A stretch of 64,000 nucleotides of DNA, from the NCBI GenBank assembly GCA_965279525.1, contig CBDIIB010000004.1, forward strand, positions 832,001 to 896,000. Reading direction: 5' to 3'. Position numbers and translations under genes: made by a program. Of the stretch, positions 51,879 to 61,487 are shown piece by piece; within the stretch, counting starts at the first letter, position 1, and every line of letters begins with the position of its first letter. The notes under the pieces are model-generated. The model was not told the DNA's origin and ran no database searches. It was given only the letters and a program-made list of their open reading frames with translations. The stretch is from Tagaea sp. (GTDB lineage Bacteria > Pseudomonadota > Alphaproteobacteria > CACIAM-22H2).

Positions 51879-52528
51879 CTAGCGGCCGATCCCGGCATAG
51901 GCCGCGATCTCCGCGGCAAGGCGCGTCATCTCCTGTGCGGCCGTCGAGCCCGGCTCGGCCTCGGTCACGCCAAGCCCCAGCCCGAGGCTCGACGCATAGG
52001 CCGTCCGGTTGCCGAGCACGATGTTGGCGACGGGCGTATCGATCGTCGCGAGCTTTCGCGCCACCTCGTCGGCCAGCAGTGAGCGCGGCGGCATCCGGTT
52101 GACGACAAGAAGTGCGAGCCGCTTTTCCGCTTTCGCAAGATCGAGCGTCGGCTGGGTCGCCCACAGATCCATTGGCGAAGGCTGCACGGGGACAAGCACC
52201 AGATGCGAATAGCGGATCGCGGTGCGGGAGTCGCTCTGTGCGTGAGGGGCGGAGTCGACCACCACGACGTCGTGCTCGCGCGACAGCCGATCCAGTTCGT
52301 GTGGCAGCCGCCATCCTGAAAGCTTGGCGAAGGAAAAACCGAGGCCGGCGTCCGGGCCTAGCCTGCGCGCGAATGTTCGGTCCACAGGGCAAACGAGCCC
52401 TGCGGGTCGATGTCGACGGCAGCGACGCTGAGGCCGGATTGCGCCCAGCAGGCCGCGAGATGTGCCGCAAGCGTCGTCTTGCCCGCCCCGCCCTTCTGTT
52501 GCGCGATCGTCACGACTTTTCCTGTCAT
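51879..52528 (-). pseudogene. Orphan short ParA/ParF-type ATPase, frameshifted near 52360-52385 (possible sequencing error)
   Basis: N-part MTGKVVTIAQQKGGAGKTT...DIDPQGS ends at TAG 52358; C-part (VVDSAPH, PVQPSPMD) continues in another frame; net one base missing. Confidence 0.85.
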
Positions 52529-52590
52529 CGGCGCACAATGCGCCGCCGCCCTCGCCCGAAGCAAGGGCACGTGCTAAAGGGCGGCCGGAA

Positions 52591-53536
52591 ATGAGCATCG
52601 CCAAGCCCACGCATCTTGCCATCCGCCGGGCGGCCGCCGCCCTGCTGCGCGGCCGTCTCGTCGCGTTCCCGACCGAGACGGTCTACGGGCTGGGTGCCCG
52701 TGCGCGTAGCGCACGCGCGGTGTTGCGTCTTTATGCAGCCAAGGGTCGGCCGCGCTTCAATCCGCTTATCGCCCATGTCGCGAGCCTTGCCCACGCCCGC
52801 CGCCTCGTCCGGTTCGATGCCCGCGCTGAACATCCTGGCACGGCACTTCTGGCCGGGGCCCCTGACGCTGGTACTGCCGCGCCAGGCAGGTGCCGCCGTC
52901 TCGCGCCTTGCCGGCGCGGGACTTGCCACGCTGGGCGTACGCATCCCCGACCATCCGGTGGCGCTTGCCCTGCTGCGGCGCGTCGGCGAGCCGGTCGTGG
53001 CCCCCAGCGCCAATCCGTCCGGCCGCCTGTCGCCGACGCGCGCGGGCGACGTCGCGCGCACGCTAGGCGGGCGCGTGGCATGCGTTCTGGATGGCGGGGC
53101 GTGCCGTGTCGGTCTTGAATCCACCGTCGTCGACCTTTCCGGTCCGGTCGCACGGCTTTTGCGCCCGGGCGGCATCGCGCGCGAAGCGATCGAAGCGCTG
53201 ATCGGCCCGCTCGGGGGGGCAGGCGGCACGATCAACGCGCCGGGCATGCTGGCAAGCCACTACGCACCACGCGCACGCCTGCGTCTCGATGCGCGCACGG
53301 CCGATTCCGGCGAGGCCTATCTCGGCTACGGCCCGCTTCCGGCCCTGCCCGCCGGGGTGCCGGCGCTTACCCTGTCCGCGACACGCGATCCGCGCGAGGC
53401 CGCGCACAACCTGTTCTCGTTCCTGCAGACGCTCGACCGGGCGCACGTTCGCACGATCGCGGTTGCGCCGATCCCGTCGGCCGGGCTCGGTCTCGCGATC
53501 CGTGACCGGCTTGCGCGTGCCGCGGCACCGCGCTAG
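52591..53536 (+). pseudogene. tsaC: Sua5/TsaC threonylcarbamoyl-AMP synthase, frameshifted near 52831 (possible sequencing error)
   Basis: N-part AFPTETVYGLG, KGRPRFNPLIAH; C-part FWPGPLTLVL, APSAN, ESTVVD, PGMLASHYAP in the +1 frame; GCT GAA [C] ATC CTG reads through if one C is removed. Confidence 0.88.
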
Positions 53537-54039
53537 CGGACAAGGACCATGTAGACCGCGTCTGCGCCGTAAGTCGCACGCACGTCTTCGTCGACCGCCG
53601 CCTCGACAAACCCATGATGGCGCCATAGCCCTGCAGTTCCGTTGACTGCGATCAGCGACAGCGGCGCACCGCCTGCCACGCGGGCAAGATGCGAAAGTGC
53701 CGCGCCGACAAGGCCGCGTCCACGCGCTGTTGGCGCCAGCGCGATGTCGTGCAGATGGAGCCCGCGCGGCGCATGCACCTCATAGGAGGCTTCATCCAGC
53801 TTCGGCGGCCGTCCGCATGTCGCCCAGAGCGCCACGCAGTATCCGACCGCACCCCCTTCGCGCTCGGCGATCAGGCAGGCATCCGGTGCGGCATTGAGTT
53901 TCCCGGCGAACGACGCGCGGGATTCCGGATGGTCCGGGTATAACCGGGCAGCGAGCAGCATCACGAAATCGAGATCTGCCGACGCCATCGCGCGCCAGCA
54001 TGCCAAATTTCCCGAACTCCGCTCTTGCGATCCGGCCAT
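53533..54039 (-). CDS. GNAT family N-acetyltransferase
   Basis: LHDIALAPTARGRGL, LIAVNGT...W..HGF, TYG; start uncertain. Confidence 0.75.
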   Translation of the reverse strand: MAGSQERSSGNLACWRAMASADLDFVMLLAARLYPDHPESRASFAGKLNAAPDACLIAEREGGAVGYCVALWATCGRPPKLDEASYEVHAPRGLHLHDIALAPTARGRGLVGAALSHLARVAGGAPLSLIAVNGTAGLWRHHGFVEAAVDEDVRATYGADAVYMVLVR

Positions 54040-54062
54040 GGCGTCTATCTAACACAAGGCGC

Positions 54063-55274
54063 ATGGACGAATCCCCCCTTCGGCACCGCCCCTCGGCATC
54101 GCTCGACATCCTGCGAATCGGCGCCTCGGGCGTCGTCACGATCGTCGGCTTTTCCGCACTGATCCCGTTCGCGGCAATCCGGCTTGAATCACTCGGCCAT
54201 TCCGCCGCGGCGATCGGGGCATTCTCGGCGCTGCCCTGGCTTGCGATCCTGATTGTCGCTCCCTTCGTTCCTCGCCTTGCACGTTCGTTCGGCGGGGACC
54301 GCCTTTACGTGTGGGGTGCACTCGCGGGCGCACCCCTGCCGCTCGTCTTCGCGCTGACGGCCGACTACGCGCTCTGGTGCGTCGCCAATTTTTCGATCGG
54401 CCTGATCGCCGCACTGCGTTGGATCGTTTCGGAAACTTGGGTCGCCGATCTTGCGCTGCCCGAACGTCGGGGGCGCATGGTCGGCCTTTACGAGACGTTC
54501 CTGGGCGCCTCCTTCGCGAGCGGACCGATTCTGCTGGTGCTGCTCGATCCGGCGACAGACCGGCCGGCATACGCAGGATCGATCCTATGGATTCTCGGCT
54601 GGCTCATTGTCATCGGGCTGGCACCAGCTCCGGTGGCGCCAGGCGACGGGCGGACGCGCGATCACGGATTCGCCGCCGTCGTCCGGGCGATTCCTGCCGT
54701 TCTGGTGGCGGCCGCAGCTGGCGGCATGTTCGAAGTCGGCCTCGCCGGTATCGGCAGCTACTGGGGGCTCACGCTTGGCTTCGGAGCAAGCGTCGCCGCC
54801 ATGCTCGCGGCTGCGCTCGGAATTGGCTCGTTCGTCGCACAGTATCCCGCCGGCTGGCTTGCCGACCATGCCGATCCGGCAAGCATCGCACGCTGGGCGT
54901 TCGTAGCGTTGATCGCCGCATCGCTTCTGGCGCTGGCCGCGACACCGACACCCGCCGTCACCCTGGGCGTCGCTGTCGTGTGGGGCGGCGTGGGCGGCGG
55001 GCTCTATACTTTGTCGATGATCGGCGTCAGCCACCGATTCTCCGGCGCGTCGCTGATGCGCGCGACGTCGGCAGTCGTTTTCGCCTACACGCTTGGCGGA
55101 ACGGTGGGGCCGTCGTTGATCGGCCTGGCGCTCGATGCCCTGCCACGCGACGGGCTGCCCCTGACGCTTGCCGGCCTCGCGGCAGCAGCACTCGCCCTGC
55201 ATATGACACTGGAAAAGGGTACGCGCACCCTCAAAAAGGGTGGGCCGCCGCACCCCCCGGAGCGGCGGCCCTGA
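54063..55274 (+). CDS. MFS transporter (YcaD/YfkF-like)
   Basis: About 12 hydrophobic segments; ETW...ERRGR, QYPAGWLAD. Confidence 0.85.
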   Translation: MDESPLRHRPSASLDILRIGASGVVTIVGFSALIPFAAIRLESLGHSAAAIGAFSALPWLAILIVAPFVPRLARSFGGDRLYVWGALAGAPLPLVFALTADYALWCVANFSIGLIAALRWIVSETWVADLALPERRGRMVGLYETFLGASFASGPILLVLLDPATDRPAYAGSILWILGWLIVIGLAPAPVAPGDGRTRDHGFAAVVRAIPAVLVAAAAGGMFEVGLAGIGSYWGLTLGFGASVAAMLAAALGIGSFVAQYPAGWLADHADPASIARWAFVALIAASLLALAATPTPAVTLGVAVVWGGVGGGLYTLSMIGVSHRFSGASLMRATSAVVFAYTLGGTVGPSLIGLALDALPRDGLPLTLAGLAAAALALHMTLEKGTRTLKKGGPPHPPERRP

Positions 55275-55433
55275 TCGCAAGCTCCGGCGGCTGACGCCAG
55301 CCAAAGCCTACGAAGACCGTCGGTGCCCGCGCTAGGGCGAGACACCATTTGAATACCCAAAGAAGTATAGATAACTTCAAAAACCGCTGCCACGCCGATT
55401 GGGTCCATTGCGGCGTGTATTTTCGGCGGTTTC

Positions 55434-55447
55434 TTGACTTGGATCAA
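55434..55447. promoter_or_regulatory. FNR/FixK-type box
   Basis: TTGAC-TTGG-ATCAA versus consensus TTGAT-N4-ATCAA (one mismatch). Confidence 0.45.
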
Positions 55448-55468
55448 ATTCGGATACGGGTTGTGCCA

Positions 55469-56914
55469 ATGACTGCCCCTCTCGACGAAATCGCCCGACC
55501 GACCGGCGACGTTCTCGACCGGATCAAGTCCGTCGTCGGCCCGAATGGCTGGATTTCGGACTCTGCCGACATGGCCAAGTTCGAGCGGGAGGAACGCGGC
55601 CTGTTCGTCGGTAAGGCGGCACTTGTCGTCCGGCCGGCTTCGACCGACGAGGTCGCCGCAATCCTGCGCATCTGCGACGTGGCCAGAGTCCCGGTGGTGC
55701 CGCAAGGCGGCAATACCGGCCTCGTAGGTGGCGGCGTTCCGCACGCGACCGGCAGCGAGATCGTCCTGTCGCTCGCGCGCATGAACCGGATCCGCAGTCT
55801 CGACACCGCAAACGACACGATCGTCGTCGATGCGGGTTGCGTACTGGCGGACATCCAGAAGGCGGCCGCCGACGCCGACCGCTATTTCGCGTTGTCGCTC
55901 GGCGCAGAGGGTACCTGCCAGATCGGCGGCAATCTTTCGACCAATGCCGGCGGCAGCAACGTGCTGCGCTACGGGATGGCGCGCGACCAGGTGCTCGGCC
56001 TAGAAGTCGTGCTCGCCGACGGCCGCGTCCTTTCCTCGCTGGGGGCCTTGCGCAAGGACAACACGGGCTACGACCTGAAGCAGCTTTTCATGGGCTCGGA
56101 AGGCACGCTCGGCATCATCACGGCCGCCGTCTTGAAACTCCACCCGGCACCGCGCGAAGTCGAGACCTGCCTGATCGCCGTGCCCACTCCGCAGGCGGTC
56201 GTCGAGCTGCTCGGCCACGCCAAGGCCGGCAGCGGCGGCAACTGCATCGCCTTCGAGTTCACCCAACGCCGGCTGATCGATTTCGTGCTCAGGCACATTC
56301 CAGGCACGTCTGACCCGTTCGACCGGCCGCATCCCTGGTACGTGCTGGCCGAGTTCGCCGCCGGCGACATGGGCGGGGCGCTGAAAGGCATGGTCGAACG
56401 GCTGCTTGAACACGCTTTCGAGGGTGGACTTGCCCTCGACGCCGTCGTGGCGACATCGTCCGCCCAGCGCAAGGCGCTTTGGAAGCTGCGAGAGAGCATG
56501 ACCGAAGCACAGAAGCCCGAAGGCGGGTCGATCAAGCACGACGTGTCCGTACCCGTGTCTGCCCTGCCCGCCTTCATCGCGCAGGCAAGCGAGTTGTGCG
56601 AACGGATGGTGCCGGGCGCGCGCGTGTGCGCGTTCGGTCATGCCGGTGACGGCAACATCCATTTCAACGTGAGCCAGCCTGCCGGCGCCGACCGCGCCGC
56701 CTTCATGGCCGGAATGCACGCGATGAACCATTCGGTTCACGCGATCGTCGCGGAGCTCGAAGGCTCGATTTCCGCCGAGCACGGCATCGGCCAGCTCAAA
56801 CGCGACGCGTTGCCCCACTACAAGAGCGCCGTGGCACTCGACCTGATGCGAGCGATCAAGCGCACGCTCGATCCCAACGGGATCCTCAATCCGGGGAAGG
56901 TCGTCCCGGAATAA
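55469..56914 (+). CDS. FAD-linked oxidoreductase, D-2-hydroxyacid / D-2-hydroxyglutarate dehydrogenase family
   Basis: PQGGNTGLVGG, STNAGG, RKDNTGYDL, GSEGTLG, GDGNIH, SAEHGIG, LNPGK. Confidence 0.92.
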   Translation: MTAPLDEIARPTGDVLDRIKSVVGPNGWISDSADMAKFEREERGLFVGKAALVVRPASTDEVAAILRICDVARVPVVPQGGNTGLVGGGVPHATGSEIVLSLARMNRIRSLDTANDTIVVDAGCVLADIQKAAADADRYFALSLGAEGTCQIGGNLSTNAGGSNVLRYGMARDQVLGLEVVLADGRVLSSLGALRKDNTGYDLKQLFMGSEGTLGIITAAVLKLHPAPREVETCLIAVPTPQAVVELLGHAKAGSGGNCIAFEFTQRRLIDFVLRHIPGTSDPFDRPHPWYVLAEFAAGDMGGALKGMVERLLEHAFEGGLALDAVVATSSAQRKALWKLRESMTEAQKPEGGSIKHDVSVPVSALPAFIAQASELCERMVPGARVCAFGHAGDGNIHFNVSQPAGADRAAFMAGMHAMNHSVHAIVAELEGSISAEHGIGQLKRDALPHYKSAVALDLMRAIKRTLDPNGILNPGKVVPE

Positions 56915-57148
56915 TTGGCGTTCCTATCGAAGGCTTTTTTTCTTTTACCGTCGGTGAAAACGCGCTAGTGTCTTGCCGGGTTCTGGCAGGAGATGGACAT
57001 GCTGCGCTAAATTTTACGAGACATCGGAGATTTCAGGAGACCGTCTCATGTATGCCGAGTTTCTCATTTCCTGCCAGATGCTTACTCGAAAAACACGGTA
57101 ACCTTGCGTCGCCTCCCGTCGCATGTCGTCTCCTCCCAGGAAACTTTC

Positions 57149-58957
57149 ATGAGCTATCGCGCCCCGCTCGAAGACATGCAGTTTGCACTCGACGCGATCG
57201 CAGGTGTCGCTTCTCTCGAGCAGACTTCCGGCGGCGTGCCCGATGCCGCCACACTCGCCCAAGTGCTCGCGGCGGCCGGGGACTTTGCGGCAAATGAAAT
57301 CGCGCCGCTCAATGCGCCCGGCGACGCCGTCGGCGCGAAACTCGAGAACGGCATCGTGCGCACGGCGCCCGGCTTTGCGGATGCCTACCGCAGCTTCGTC
57401 GCGAACGGCTGGAACGGCCTGCCCTTTGCCGAAGCGCATGGCGGCCAGGGCCTGCCTTGGGCGCTCGCCGTCGCGGTGCAGGAAATGTGGCAGTCCGCCA
57501 GCATGTCGTTCGGCTTGTGCCCGCTGCTCACGCAAGGTGCCGTCGAACTGCTGTCGAGCCACGGCAACCCGGCGCAGAAAGCCGCCTACCTGCCTAAACT
57601 CGTATCCGGCGAATGGACCGGTACCATGAACCTCACCGAACCCCAGGCGGGTTCGGACGTGGGTGCCCTCAAGGCGCGTGCCGTGCGCGAACCGGCATCC
57701 GACGGCCCGCTCGGCGAGGCGTACCGCATCGTCGGCAACAAGTTGTTCATCACCTACGGCGAGCACGACATGACGGACAACATCGTCCACATGGTGCTTG
57801 CCCGCGCGCCCGACGCACCACCCGGTCCCAAGGGCGTTTCGCTGTTCCTTGTCCCGAAAATCCTTCCGGCGCACGGCGGCGGCCTTGGTGCGCGCAACGA
57901 CCTGCGTTGCGTCTCGCTCGAACACAAGCTTGGAGTCAACGCCTCGCCGACCTGCGTGATGGCGTTCGGCGACGGCGGCGGAGCGCTTGGCTGGCGCATC
58001 GGGGCCGAGGGCAAGGGTCTCGAATGCATGTTCACGATGATGAACAACGCCCGTCTGGCGGTCGGCCTGCAGGGCGTGGCGATCGCAGAACGTGCCTATC
58101 AGGCCGCGCGCGCCTATTCGCGGACCCGCGTGCAGAGCCGCGAACTCGGCGCCACCGCCCCCAGCCCGGTCGCGATCGAGCGGCATCCCGACGTGAGGCG
58201 CATGCTTCTCGACATGAAATCGAAGATCGAGGCCGCGCGCGCCCTCGCCTACTCCGCGCACCTGTCGCTCGATCTCGCGGCAAAGGCGACCGATCCGGAG
58301 CTGCGCATGCGTCAACAGGCGCGTGTCGACCTCCTCACGCCGGTGGTCAAGGCGTGGGCGACCGACATCGGGTGCGATGTCGCCTCGACCGGTGTGCAAA
58401 TCCATGGTGGCATGGGGTACATCGAGGAGACAGGAGCGGCCCAGCATCTGCGCGACGCGCGCATCGCGCCCATCTACGAGGGCACCAACGGCATCCAGGC
58501 CAACGATCTCGTGTTCCGCAAGATCGTCCGCGACAAAGGGGCGGCCGCGCGCGCGTTCCTCGCCGAGATCGCCGGCATTCGGGGCGCCCTCGCTGCGGCT
58601 CCTGGCGAAGATCTCGCCGTCATCGGCAGCCAACTCGACGCCGGCCGCGAAGCGCTGGAAACGGCGATCGCGCATATGGTCACGACAGGCGATCGGGATC
58701 CGAAGTCCGCCGCGGCGTCAGCCGTACCGTTCTTGAATCTCTTCGGCATCGTTGCCGGCGGCTCCCTGCTCGCCAAGGGCGCGTTGGCCGCTGCCGGGCG
58801 CCTGGCGCGCTCTGGTGGCAACAAGGAGTTTCTCGCGGGACGCCTGGTGGTCGCGCGCTATTACGCCGACCATCTCCTGTCCCGGGCACCGGGATTCGTA
58901 CATACGATCCTTCATGGGGCCGACGCCGTTTCGCGATTCGCCGAAAGCGAACCCTGA
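57149..58957 (+). CDS. Acyl-CoA dehydrogenase (DmdC-like, ~600 aa type)
   Basis: [47 protein letters not shown]. Confidence 0.92.
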   Translation: MSYRAPLEDMQFALDAIAGVASLEQTSGGVPDAATLAQVLAAAGDFAANEIAPLNAPGDAVGAKLENGIVRTAPGFADAYRSFVANGWNGLPFAEAHGGQGLPWALAVAVQEMWQSASMSFGLCPLLTQGAVELLSSHGNPAQKAAYLPKLVSGEWTGTMNLTEPQAGSDVGALKARAVREPASDGPLGEAYRIVGNKLFITYGEHDMTDNIVHMVLARAPDAPPGPKGVSLFLVPKILPAHGGGLGARNDLRCVSLEHKLGVNASPTCVMAFGDGGGALGWRIGAEGKGLECMFTMMNNARLAVGLQGVAIAERAYQAARAYSRTRVQSRELGATAPSPVAIERHPDVRRMLLDMKSKIEAARALAYSAHLSLDLAAKATDPELRMRQQARVDLLTPVVKAWATDIGCDVASTGVQIHGGMGYIEETGAAQHLRDARIAPIYEGTNGIQANDLVFRKIVRDKGAAARAFLAEIAGIRGALAAAPGEDLAVIGSQLDAGREALETAIAHMVTTGDRDPKSAAASAVPFLNLFGIVAGGSLLAKGALAAAGRLARSGGNKEFLAGRLVVARYYADHLLSRAPGFVHTILHGADAVSRFAESEP

Positions 58958-59096
58958 ATTTTTCTACGCAGGCGGCCAAAATTTGCTTGCACCGGCCGGC
59001 TTTTCGGCCCAAATAGGCAAGCAAGATGCACGGGGCGGTCGATGGAGAGTCGGCGGCCCCTTTTGTCTGTCGGAAAAGGGAAGGTGTGGGCAAGGA

Positions 59097-59600
59097 ATGG
59101 CGAACAAAGCGGCGCTGCGCAGTCTGAAAGTGGTTACCGGCGAAAACCGGTCCCCGGCCTCCAAGGCCCTCAAGTCAGCGGCGCACGACCTGCCTTTCCA
59201 TGTCCAGAGTACCGAGACCACGGTCGCCAAGGACCATTTCGTCGAGCGCAACGGCATCAAGTATGCCGGTACGCATCTCCTCGTCGAGCTCTGGGGTGCC
59301 AGCAATCTGGGCGATTCGGCATTGACCGAAGCCGCGCTGCGCGAAGGTGCCATCGCGGCCGGTGCCACGATCCTGCATTGCCATCTTCACCATTTCGGAC
59401 CCGATGCCGGGCTTTCCGGCGTCCTGGTGCTTGCCGAAAGCCATATCTCGATCCACACGTGGCCGGAGCGCGGCTACGCCGCGATCGACGTCTTCATGTG
59501 CGGCGTGTGCGATCCCTACCAGGCGATCCCGGCGATCAAGCGCGCCTTCGCGCCGACCTCGGTCCAGATCGTCGAGAGCCGCCGCGGCGTGATGGCCTGA
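59097..59600 (+). CDS. speD: S-adenosylmethionine decarboxylase proenzyme
   Basis: [18 protein letters not shown] self-cleavage motif, DVFMCG. Confidence 0.95.
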   Translation: MANKAALRSLKVVTGENRSPASKALKSAAHDLPFHVQSTETTVAKDHFVERNGIKYAGTHLLVELWGASNLGDSALTEAALREGAIAAGATILHCHLHHFGPDAGLSGVLVLAESHISIHTWPERGYAAIDVFMCGVCDPYQAIPAIKRAFAPTSVQIVESRRGVMA

Positions 59601-59614
59601 AGGCCGTACGGCAC

Positions 59615-60481
59615 GTGAACGCCCGGACAAAGACGATCTGGTTCGACGAGCAACTCTATCCGCATGTCCGCCAAGGCATGTCGATCGAGAAGGTGCTCTT
59701 CCGCGAGCGTACGGAACACCAGGATCTCGTCGTCTTCCAGAACCCGACTTATGGGCGGGTGCTGGCGCTCGACGGCATCGTCCAGGTCACGGAGAAGGAC
59801 GAGTACGTCTATCACGAGATGATGACGCACGTTCCGATCCTCGGTCACGGGCGCGCGCGGCGCGTGCTGATCATTGGTGGCGGCGACGGCGGCATCCTGC
59901 GCGAGGTCCTTCGGCACAAATCCGTCACGAGCGTAACGATGGTCGAGATCGACCGCGCGGTCGTCGACATGTGCCTCAAGTGGATGCCGAGCGTCGCCGG
60001 GCGCGCGTTCGAGGACCGGCGCACCGACCTCGTGATCGCGGACGGCGCGCGATTCGTCGCGGAAACGGACAAGCGCTTCGACGTGATCATCGTCGATTCG
60101 ACGGATCCGATCGGCCCGGGCGAAGTGCTTTTCACCGAGGGCTTCTACCGCGACTGCAAGCGCTGCCTTGCTGCCGGGGGCATCCTCGTGAACCAGAACG
60201 GCGTGCCGTTCCTCCAGCCCGGCGAGATCCCGATGACCCGTAAGCGCCGCGGGAAGTCGTTCAAGATCGCCTCGTTCTACATGGCAGCCGTGCCGTCCTA
60301 TTACGGCGGCCTGATGGCGCTGGGCTGGGCAAGCGACGACGCGCGCGCGGCCGAAGTGCCGCTCGCCACGATCCGCCGGCGCTTCGCGGCGGCGAAATTG
60401 AATACTCGCTATTACAGCCCCGAGATCCATCGCGGCTGCTTCGCCCTGCCCGCCTTCGTGGCGGCGCTCGCAGGCCGGTGA
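59615..60481 (+). CDS. speE: Spermidine synthase (polyamine aminopropyltransferase)
   Basis: LDGIVQ, YHEMM, IIGGGDGG, VEID, DSTDP; GTG start. Confidence 0.95.
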   Translation: MNARTKTIWFDEQLYPHVRQGMSIEKVLFRERTEHQDLVVFQNPTYGRVLALDGIVQVTEKDEYVYHEMMTHVPILGHGRARRVLIIGGGDGGILREVLRHKSVTSVTMVEIDRAVVDMCLKWMPSVAGRAFEDRRTDLVIADGARFVAETDKRFDVIIVDSTDPIGPGEVLFTEGFYRDCKRCLAAGGILVNQNGVPFLQPGEIPMTRKRRGKSFKIASFYMAAVPSYYGGLMALGWASDDARAAEVPLATIRRRFAAAKLNTRYYSPEIHRGCFALPAFVAALAGR

Positions 60482-60614
60482 AGCCCCCGATCTTCACCGC
60501 GATGGGCAACCATCCGGCGGAGATGCGCACACTGCCTCAACTGTATGACAAGACGATGCGCGAGGTGGCGTTCGCCGACGCACGCGCGGATTCAGCCTCG
60601 AGAGGAACTGAAAG

Positions 60615-61487
60615 ATGACCGAAGTCGCATTCCTGGGCCTGGGACGGATGGGAATTGGCATGGCCGGCCGGCTCGTCGCTGCCGGGCACCGCGTGCGCGT
60701 CTGGAACCGTAGCCGTGCGCGCGCCGCCTCTTTGATCGAGAAAGGCGCCATCTGGGCCGATACGCCGGCGCAAGCCGCACGCGGTGCTGAAGTCGCGTTC
60801 GCGATGCTTTCCGACGACGTCGCGTCGCAAGACGTCTGGCGAGGGGCGGACGGGGCATTGGCCGCGCTCGCTCCCGGCGCCTTCGTCGTCGAGTGCTCGA
60901 CCATCTCGGCCGCGCACGTCGCCTCTCTCGCGTCGGATGCCAAGGCAAAGGGCCTACGCTATATCGATAGCCCTGTTACCGGCTTTCCAAGCCATGCGGC
61001 GGCCGGCACGATGACGCTGCTGGTGGGGGCCGCTCAGGCGGATCTCGACGCGCTGCGCGCCCTCTTCGGCACGCTTGCCGGCACGATCCGCCATTTCGGC
61101 GATGTCGGCGCAGGCACGGCCTACAAGCTGATGGTCAACCTGATGGGGGCCGTGCAGATCGCCGCCCTCGCCGAGGGGATCGCGCTCGGCCGCCGCCTCG
61201 GACTCGACGACAAGGCAGTCGGCGAGGCGCTGGCGGCCGGTGCCGCGGCTAGCCCGCAGGTGGTCCAGAACATCCCGCGCATGCTCGCGGGCGACTGGGA
61301 CAAGGATCAGGTCTTCACGGCAGCCCTGCGTCACAAGGACGCGGCCTATGGTGCGGCCCTGGTGAAGGCAGCCAGGGTATCGGCACCCCTCGGGATCGCC
61401 GCGACGGCATGGTTCGAGGCCGCCAAGGCACTCGATCCCGATGCCGACCAGTCGATCGTGCTGAAGGCGATCCTCAGCGCTTCATGA
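60615..61487 (+). CDS. NAD(P)-dependent oxidoreductase, 3-hydroxyisobutyrate dehydrogenase family
   Basis: GLGRMG, WNRS, DSPVTG, KLMVN, KD; GAGAGG SD. Confidence 0.9.
   Translation: MTEVAFLGLGRMGIGMAGRLVAAGHRVRVWNRSRARAASLIEKGAIWADTPAQAARGAEVAFAMLSDDVASQDVWRGADGALAALAPGAFVVECSTISAAHVASLASDAKAKGLRYIDSPVTGFPSHAAAGTMTLLVGAAQADLDALRALFGTLAGTIRHFGDVGAGTAYKLMVNLMGAVQIAALAEGIALGRRLGLDDKAVGEALAAGAAASPQVVQNIPRMLAGDWDKDQVFTAALRHKDAAYGAALVKAARVSAPLGIAATAWFEAAKALDPDADQSIVLKAILSAS

Noticed and set aside
48520-52470. 1316-aa ORF suggesting a giant PEP carboxylase
   Set aside because: The first ~410 aa overlap parA and the antisense AhpD-like gene and are low complexity; the real start is 51237.
59097-59230. 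N-terminal extension on SpeD
   Set aside because: As I recall, extensions before the DHF motif are common in alphaproteobacterial SpeD; not treated as novel.
59042-60481. Open frame running across speD into speE, hinting at a frameshifted SpeD-SpeE fusion
   Set aside because: This shifted frame is commonly stop-free in GC-rich genes, no slippery site is evident, and speE has its own GTG start.
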